Assembly: GCA_029974275.1 (NCBI GenBank)
Contig: JARKSN010000033.1
Location: 1-12,690 of the forward strand
Source of the DNA: Candidatus Hydrogenedentota bacterium
Lineage (GTDB): Bacteria; Hydrogenedentota; Hydrogenedentia; Hydrogenedentales; SLHB01
DNA length: 12,690 nt
Reading direction: 5' to 3'
The notes under the pieces are model-generated. The model saw only the letters and a program-made list of their open reading frames with translations, was not told where the DNA came from and did not search any database. The position numbers and the translations under genes were made by a program. The number at the start of each line of letters is the position of its first letter. The stretch's first letter is position 1. Shown here piece by piece: positions 7,084 to 12,690 of this stretch.

Positions 7084-7974
7084 ATGGTTATCCGATACGA
7101 CCGATATTGGGAGGCATGGAGCTCAGCCCAACGAGTTCGGCGCGCGATCCTCGTGTCCTTCATTTTACACGGGCTCGTAGCGGGAGCAGGTTTTTTTGTC
7201 GCGCAATACCACCCCCCCAAGCCTTCCATGACCTTGTACGAAATCGAGATGATGGCGATGGGACCTGCGGGAACCCCGCCCCCAGGTCCATCGGCAACGC
7301 CCGCGCCGTCACAACCCGCGCCCCCATCGCCGCCGCCGGAAGCGCCCCAACCCAAGGAGCCTCCAAAACCGGAACCCAAACCCGAACCGAAACCGGAGCC
7401 CAAGCCAGAACCGAAACCAGAGCCGAAACCAGAACCCAAGCCGAAACCAGAGCCGGTGAAACCCAAAGACGATCCGAAACCCAAGACGCCTGTTAAAGAG
7501 AAGCCCCCTGCGAAGAACGATTCTCCCAAAGATCAGGCGAAGTCTTCTCCGAAACCAGAGCAAAAGACCGCTTCGGCGCTTACCGGACCCTCTGGGACGC
7601 AGGCAACGTCGGCCCAGCAAGGTGGCGGAGGAACGTCGGTCGACCCTTCCGTGACAGGCGTTGCCATGGGATCGCAGTTCCCTTCGGAGTTGGGATATTG
7701 GGGACGTCGTGTGCAGGTAAAGGTATCGCAGGTTTGGGCGGCCCCAGCCGGCATGCGTCTTGTTGCGGGACAAAACCAAGCCGAAGTGGCCTTCTGGGTG
7801 AGTCGTCAAGGAAACCTTTTGGGCGAACCGGAAATTATCAAGGAAGCCAGCGATCCGGACCTTGCTGCGTCGGGCGTGCAAGCCATCAAGATGAGCGCCC
7901 CCTTCCCGCCTTTGCCTCCCGACTTCCGGGAAGAGAAGGTCCAGATCGTCTATGTCTTCACCTTTGCGTCATAA
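7084..7974 (+). CDS. tolA: TolA/TonB-family energy transducer (TM anchor, Pro-rich linker, TonB/TolA C-terminal domain)
   Basis: N-terminal TM helix with S-x3-H (AILVSFILHGLVAGAGFFV), a (PKPE)n linker, and a C-domain VKVSQVWAAP...AEVAFWVSRQGNL...AIKMSAPFPPLP. Lies directly upstream of tolB. Alternative start GTG 7003 (GAGGAGG at 6986-6992). Confidence 0.8.
   Translation: MVIRYDRYWEAWSSAQRVRRAILVSFILHGLVAGAGFFVAQYHPPKPSMTLYEIEMMAMGPAGTPPPGPSATPAPSQPAPPSPPPEAPQPKEPPKPEPKPEPKPEPKPEPKPEPKPEPKPKPEPVKPKDDPKPKTPVKEKPPAKNDSPKDQAKSSPKPEQKTASALTGPSGTQATSAQQGGGGTSVDPSVTGVAMGSQFPSELGYWGRRVQVKVSQVWAAPAGMRLVAGQNQAEVAFWVSRQGNLLGEPEIIKEASDPDLAASGVQAIKMSAPFPPLPPDFREEKVQIVYVFTFAS
7363..7455 (+). repeat. Coding 12-bp degenerate tandem repeat: (PKPE)x6 followed by PKPKPEP
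   Basis: CCN AAR CCN GAR units with synonymous variation, encoding the Pro-rich periplasm-spanning linker. Confidence 0.85.
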
Positions 7975-8037
7975 CGAACCGACGGGCGTATGCCGGCGTG
8001 AACAAGCCGCAGCGCATGTGAGAGGAGAAATCTGAAG

Positions 8038-9333
8038 ATGCGAGGATTTTTTGCAGTGGTCATAATCATGGCGTGCGCCTTCTCGGCATCGGCCCAAGTG
8101 TTGCGGCTGGAGACCGTAGGATCGGCGTCGGATCAGCGAATTCCGATTGCCATTCCCGCATTTTCCGCTCCCCCGGGACAAGAGGCCTTGGGGCAAGAAC
8201 TCGCGGCAATCGTGGCCTATGATCTTGATTTCAGCGGCGTGTTCCGGGTGCTGCCGCGAGACTCCTATCCTGCCGGTTTCGCCGGCTCCCCCCGCGATCC
8301 CAGCCAGATCGATTTTGCGGCGTGGCGGGCTTCCAAGGCGGACTATTTTCTGCACGGATATGTCTACACGAGTGGCTCCACCCTTTCGTTCGAATGTCAG
8401 TTGTTCGACGTGATTGACTCGCATCGAGTCCTCGGCAAGGTGCACGAAGGCGGACAACAGGCAAAACGCCGGATAGCGCACCGCGCATCGGACGACATCC
8501 TGCTGCAAGTGGATGGAATCGAAGGCATTGCCACGTCTGCCGTGGCGTTCAGCGGCGGAAGCACCGGACGCAAGGAAATCTACATGGCCGACTACGACGG
8601 CATGAACGCGCGCCAACTCACGCACTACAACTCGATCAGCATCCTGCCCAAGATATCCCCAGACGGCGGAAAAATCGCCTACACGTCCTTCCGGCAAGGG
8701 GCTCCCTGCCTCTATGTCCTCTCCGTTGCTTCGGGATCCTCTACGTTGTTATCCAAAATGGTCGGCCTGAACATTTCCCCCTCCTGGGCGCCCGACGGCA
8801 GGACCCTCGCCATTACCCTGAGCAAAGACGCCAACCCGGAGATTTATCTCATCAACCCAGACGGAACGGGGCTTCGGCGCCTCACAAACGACAAGGCCGT
8901 CGATACGCAGCCTGCGTTCAGTCCGGACGGACGCCAGATCGCGTTTGTCAGTGATCGGTACGGCTCCGGACAGATTTGCGTAATGAACGCCGATGGCAGC
9001 GGGGTGCGGCGTCTCTCCATGCAAGGGGGGCGCTCGACCGACCCCGCTTGGTCTCCAGACGGAAAAAGCATCGCCTATGCCGTCGAAGGAGGCGGCATCC
9101 AGATATACGTGATGGACGCCAACGGAGGCAATCCACGGCAACTCACCCGAGCGGGAAACAATGAGAAACCCTCGTGGTCGGCGGATTCACGGCATGTCAT
9201 CTTCACCTCCTCCCGCAGCGGCTCGTCGTCGCTATGGGCTGTGAACATAAAGACGGGTCAAGAACGCCGCATTCCCAATTTGCAGATGGCCTGTCAAGGA
9301 CCGTCTTGGGGACCGAGGCGTTCGTCCCCGTAA
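8038..9333 (+). CDS. tolB: Tol-Pal system beta-propeller protein TolB
   Basis: Sec signal peptide (AFSASA|Q), TolB_N domain (RIPIAIPAF, IVAYDLDFSGVF, IAHRASDDI), EIYMADYDG, and PD40 repeats (SPDGGKIAY, SWAPDGRTLA, AFSPDGRQIAF, AWSPDGKSIAY, SWSADSRHVIF). RBS AGGAG. Confidence 0.93.
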   Translation: MRGFFAVVIIMACAFSASAQVLRLETVGSASDQRIPIAIPAFSAPPGQEALGQELAAIVAYDLDFSGVFRVLPRDSYPAGFAGSPRDPSQIDFAAWRASKADYFLHGYVYTSGSTLSFECQLFDVIDSHRVLGKVHEGGQQAKRRIAHRASDDILLQVDGIEGIATSAVAFSGGSTGRKEIYMADYDGMNARQLTHYNSISILPKISPDGGKIAYTSFRQGAPCLYVLSVASGSSTLLSKMVGLNISPSWAPDGRTLAITLSKDANPEIYLINPDGTGLRRLTNDKAVDTQPAFSPDGRQIAFVSDRYGSGQICVMNADGSGVRRLSMQGGRSTDPAWSPDGKSIAYAVEGGGIQIYVMDANGGNPRQLTRAGNNEKPSWSADSRHVIFTSSRSGSSSLWAVNIKTGQERRIPNLQMACQGPSWGPRRSSP

Positions 9334-9337
9334 CTGC

Positions 9338-11035
9338 GTGCGGAGGGGAAGCGACCGCGTGGTCACAAAACGAAAGAAAACGATCCCGCACAAAACACAG
9401 GGGGAAAAGGACGTTTCGTCCCTTTTCCGAATCCCGTGGCCTTGGATCGCGCTGTTCCTCATCGTTGCCCTGACGGCTGCGGCGCGCATCCGCACCCTTG
9501 ACGTGCCGTTCGAGCGCGACGAAGGCGAATATGCTTACGCGGGCCAACTCCTCCTGCAAGGCGTTCCTCCTTTTTCCGAAGCTTACAACATGAAAATGCC
9601 GGGCATTTACGCCGCCTATGCGGCGATCATGGCGGCATTCGGGCAAACGATTCGCGGCGTGCACCTGGGGCTGTTGGTCATCAACGCCGCGACGATCGCG
9701 CTGATGTTTTTGCTGGGACGCAGGGTGCGCGGCCCGGTCTGCGGCCTCGCCTCGGCGGCCGCCTATGCGGCGCTTTCCCTTAGCGAAGGGGTGATGGGAT
9801 TGTTCGCCCATGCCACCCATTTTGTCGTACTGTTTGCGGTCGCGGGACTGGTCGCGCTGTTGCTCGCCGTCGAGAAGCCGCGTGTGTGGCTGTGCGTCGC
9901 AAGCGGTCTGTTGTTCGGACTGTCGTTCCTGATGAAGCAGCACGCCGCGCCCATCATTCTCTTCGCAGGCCTATGCTTGGCATGGAGCCTGTTCCGTCAA
10001 AAAACGATTTCACGGGGACGCGCGACAGGCGCAATGGTCGCGTTTGGCGGCGCGGCGATCGCGCCATTCCTCCTCACATGTTTGTGGCTTTATGCTGCGG
10101 GCGTTTTCGATCGGTTCTGGTTCTGGACCTACGATTACGCGCGGACCTATGTTTCCCAGGTCCCCATTCGCTATGCCGCGCCCATGTTCTGGGATGGTTT
10201 TCAAAAAATCCTGAAAACAACGTGGCCGCTGTGGATTCTCGCAACGGCAGGATTATCCGCGTTGGCGTGGGACAAAGCGTCGCGATCGCAGGCGCTCTTT
10301 GTCGCGGGGTTATGGGTTGCGTCATTCCTGGCAATCTGCCCAGGATTTTATTTTCGCGGCCACTATTTCGTCACGTGGCTTCCGGCGACGGCGTTGTTGG
10401 CAGGGGTATTCTTTGCCGCAGCCCAGGACCTGCTATCCAAACGCCCGGCGCCAGCGCTTCACGCTACAGCGGTTGTGTTGGCGATAGCCGTCTCGGCATT
10501 GACGGCCTACTGGCAGCGCGCCGCACTGTTCACGGCGCCGCTGGACGATGTCTCCCGAGCCATGTACAGCGTCAATCCCTTTCCCGAATCCCTCCGGATC
10601 GCTCGCTATATTCGCGAGCGCACCTCGGAATCGGACCGCGTGGCGATCATCGGCTCCGAACCGCAGATTTGTTTCTATAGCCATCGCCGCAACGCCACGG
10701 GCTACGTATACATGTATCCATTGATGGAAGCCCAGCCCTATGCCGCCTCGATGCAGCGCGAAATGATCCGGCAAATCGAGGAGGCCAACCCCAAATTCGC
10801 CGTTTTCGTCAACGTGCCAACCTCCTGGCTCGTGCAGGAAAATTCCATACTCGATATCCTGTCATGGTCTCAAGAATATCTGGAGAGTCGTTATCAGGTG
10901 TGTGGCATGGCCGATATCGCGCCGCATGGCGAGACTACATACCTCTGGGGCGAGGAGGCGGAAACCCACCGCCCCCACTCTCCCTACTGGGTCGCGGTGC
11001 TGGAGCGCAAGGAAGGCGTCGAACCGCCGCAGTGA
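9338..11035 (+). CDS. GT-C fold membrane glycosyltransferase (ArnT / PMT_2 / GT39-like)
   Basis: First-loop ERDEGEYAY followed by MKMPGIY, about 11-13 hydrophobic TM segments, LMKQH, and GFYFRGHYF, plus a C-terminal periplasmic domain (VAIIGSEPQICFYSHRR...PKFAVFV). Alternative GTG start at 9359. Confidence 0.82.
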   Translation: MRRGSDRVVTKRKKTIPHKTQGEKDVSSLFRIPWPWIALFLIVALTAAARIRTLDVPFERDEGEYAYAGQLLLQGVPPFSEAYNMKMPGIYAAYAAIMAAFGQTIRGVHLGLLVINAATIALMFLLGRRVRGPVCGLASAAAYAALSLSEGVMGLFAHATHFVVLFAVAGLVALLLAVEKPRVWLCVASGLLFGLSFLMKQHAAPIILFAGLCLAWSLFRQKTISRGRATGAMVAFGGAAIAPFLLTCLWLYAAGVFDRFWFWTYDYARTYVSQVPIRYAAPMFWDGFQKILKTTWPLWILATAGLSALAWDKASRSQALFVAGLWVASFLAICPGFYFRGHYFVTWLPATALLAGVFFAAAQDLLSKRPAPALHATAVVLAIAVSALTAYWQRAALFTAPLDDVSRAMYSVNPFPESLRIARYIRERTSESDRVAIIGSEPQICFYSHRRNATGYVYMYPLMEAQPYAASMQREMIRQIEEANPKFAVFVNVPTSWLVQENSILDILSWSQEYLESRYQVCGMADIAPHGETTYLWGEEAETHRPHSPYWVAVLERKEGVEPPQ

Positions 11036-11056
11036 CACGATGGGCCGTCTCCGGCA

Positions 11057-11740
11057 TTATACGAGATTGCGCTCCACGGCAAGACCGTTCTGAAACTCGG
11101 TAAACGCGTCGACGATGCTTTTGTCCTTTTGGAACAACGTCTTCACGCCCAACACCAAAGACAGCGCCCCCAGGTTGACGAGAAGGGCGGCCTCTTTCAC
11201 GGTTGTTGCCCCCTCCGTCTCGATAACTGCTCGAAGTTGACGATGGCCAAGATTGGCCTTGAGAATGCGCGTTCGATCAAACGCCTCTGGAAGAATATTC
11301 GTCCGATGCGCCCCTGGCTCTGTTGCGAGCAACAGCACGCGGTCCACATAATCCAGCGAATATTCCAGTTTCGTCATCGTCACCGAAGGGCCTATGGCCA
11401 CCCCGGGCGATATGCCGGCCTCTCGAATGCGCGTCAAGGTGCGCTGAATGTGGATATCAGTCTCCTGCTGCACCACGATCGCATCCGCCCCGGCGGCCAC
11501 AAACGCATCGATATGCCGATCCGGACGCTCTGTCAGCAAATGGACCGCGCACGGAAGCCCGCAACAGCGTTTCGCAAGCCTCACAAACGACGGCCCCAGC
11601 GTGATCACGGGCGCGTACGCCCCATCCTGAACGTTGAAATGAAGCTCGTGGCACCCCGCCGCCTCAAGCGCCTTGAATTGCTCCTCCAACCGCCCCAGGT
11701 CAGCGGCCATTACATCGGCGGCGAATCGTATTGCACTCAC
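11057..11740 (-). CDS. rpe: Ribulose-phosphate 3-epimerase-like protein with a degenerate active site (227 aa)
   Basis: True start is probably GTG at 11740, 8 nt after the SD AAGGAGA that overlaps the rbsK stop; the ORF-track extension to 12019 overlaps rbsK. It follows the Rpe pattern over its full length (AADLGRLEEQ, LHFNVQDG, ITLGP, VHLL..PD, AGAD, GVAIGP, VDRVLL..EPG, IETEG), but key residues are substituted. Confidence 0.82.
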   Translation of the reverse strand: MSAIRFAADVMAADLGRLEEQFKALEAAGCHELHFNVQDGAYAPVITLGPSFVRLAKRCCGLPCAVHLLTERPDRHIDAFVAAGADAIVVQQETDIHIQRTLTRIREAGISPGVAIGPSVTMTKLEYSLDYVDRVLLLATEPGAHRTNILPEAFDRTRILKANLGHRQLRAVIETEGATTVKEAALLVNLGALSLVLGVKTLFQKDKSIVDAFTEFQNGLAVERNLV

Positions 11741-11753
11741 GCTGTCGGTCTCC

Positions 11754-12686
11754 TTACGGCTGAGATTCGTTTTCCGCCAGAAACGCTTCCACCGCCGCCC
11801 GTGTCGGAGCGGACGGTTGCGCGCCTTCGATCGTTGCCGCGATCGCGCCCGCCGCATTGGCGAACCGCAACGTCTCGCGAATATCCAGACGCCCCCACGA
11901 AACGGCCAACGCCCCCGTAAAAGCGTCGCCCGCCGCCGTGGTATCGACGGGCGCAACGCGGAACGCCGGCGCATGATAAGCGCCCTGACTGCCTGCGTAG
12001 TAACTCCCCAGCACGCCAAGCTTCAACACGACCTCGCGCGCGCCCCGATCGCACAGCGCCTGAGCGGCTTCGCGCGCGGCATCGAGCGACGTCGTTGCCA
12101 TGCCCGTGATGGCCTGCGTCTCCGTCTCGTTGGGCGAAACGATGGCTGCCTTGCGCAGCAACGGATCAGGCAACGCTTGGGCCACCCCAGGATCAAGGAT
12201 GGACGGAACGCCGTGCGTGCGGGCCAGACCCAATGCGGCGTCGACGGCATCCAACGGAATCTCAAGCTGCACCACGACCATGTCGAGGCGGTCCATCAGG
12301 GGCTCCAACGCGGCGACGTCCTCAGGGCGAACGGCGGCATTCGCCGACGGCGTCACAATGATGCTGTTCTGTCCCTCGTCGGCCACAACGATGACCGCCG
12401 TGCCCGTCGGCTCGGAAGGATGCGTTCGCAAGAAGGCGAGATCAATGCCTTCCGCGCCCAACGCCCGGCGCTGCATGCCGCCAAACGAGTCCGCGCCGAC
12501 GCAGCCCGCAAACCAGACGTTCCCGCCAAGACGCGCCGCAGCCACTGCTTGGTTGGCCCCTTTGCCGCCCATCACGACAGCGAACGACCGGCCCAACAAA
12601 GTCTCGCCCGGGCGGGGCGTCCGGGGCGCTCGCGTCACCAAATCGACATTGGCGCTGCCTATCACCAAGACTCGGGGCGGCGACAC
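11754..12686 (-). CDS. rbsK: Ribokinase (PfkB family)
   Basis: Motifs VIGSANVDL, PRPGETL, GGKGANQAVAAARLG, GQNSIIV, VQLEIP, PNETE and DTTAAGDAF. The start is 4 nt from the window edge, so the RBS cannot be checked. Confidence 0.93.
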   Translation of the reverse strand: MSPPRVLVIGSANVDLVTRAPRTPRPGETLLGRSFAVVMGGKGANQAVAAARLGGNVWFAGCVGADSFGGMQRRALGAEGIDLAFLRTHPSEPTGTAVIVVADEGQNSIIVTPSANAAVRPEDVAALEPLMDRLDMVVVQLEIPLDAVDAALGLARTHGVPSILDPGVAQALPDPLLRKAAIVSPNETETQAITGMATTSLDAAREAAQALCDRGAREVVLKLGVLGSYYAGSQGAYHAPAFRVAPVDTTAAGDAFTGALAVSWGRLDIRETLRFANAAGAIAATIEGAQPSAPTRAAVEAFLAENESQP

Positions 12687-12690
12687 GGGA

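Noticed and set aside
6668..7180. 170-aa ORF considered as a tolR/exbD or transposase remnant
   Set aside because: It starts inside the MITE, crosses its TIR, overlaps tolA out of frame, and shows no ExbD/TolR or DDE motifs.
7363..7455. Tandem repeat considered as a CRISPR array or contingency locus
   Set aside because: No spacers. Variation is at synonymous positions of Pro-Lys-Pro-Glu codons, as expected for a TonB/TolA linker.
11036..11056. Bidirectional terminator between the converging GT-C and rpe-like genes
   Set aside because: Only a 4-bp stem (GCCG-TCTC-CGGC) with no T-tract, too weak to call.
11741..12019. 93-aa N-terminal extension of the Rpe-like ORF
   Set aside because: It overlaps rbsK in another frame. 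A strong SD precedes GTG 11740, where the Rpe similarity begins.

Overview
GC-rich (roughly 60% by eye) diderm-bacterial region. The N-terminal zinc-ribbon proteins and PEP-CTERM gene suggest a Hydrogenedentes/PVC-like lineage, but that is inference only. In order: (1) the right end of an ISAs1-family IS; (2) a sigma70-promoted PEP-CTERM gene interrupted by a 499-bp internally deleted IS4-family mini-element (18-bp TIRs, 9-bp TSD), followed by a terminator; (3) two zinc-ribbon proteins, one with a long coiled coil and one with a TPR-like segment; (4) a GT4 glycosyltransferase; (5) a radical-SAM/SPASM-like protein lacking the CxxxCxxC motif; (6) a ~205-bp MITE with perfect 19-bp TIRs; (7) tolA/tonB-like, tolB and a GT-C (ArnT/PMT-like) glycosyltransferase, with no tolQR or pal adjacent; (8) converging on the minus strand, rbsK and an Rpe-like protein whose catalytic residues are substituted. 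The most interesting items are the two intact apparent pseudoenzymes, the two non-autonomous mobile elements and the zinc-ribbon pair. All family assignments come from motif recognition by eye, not database searches.
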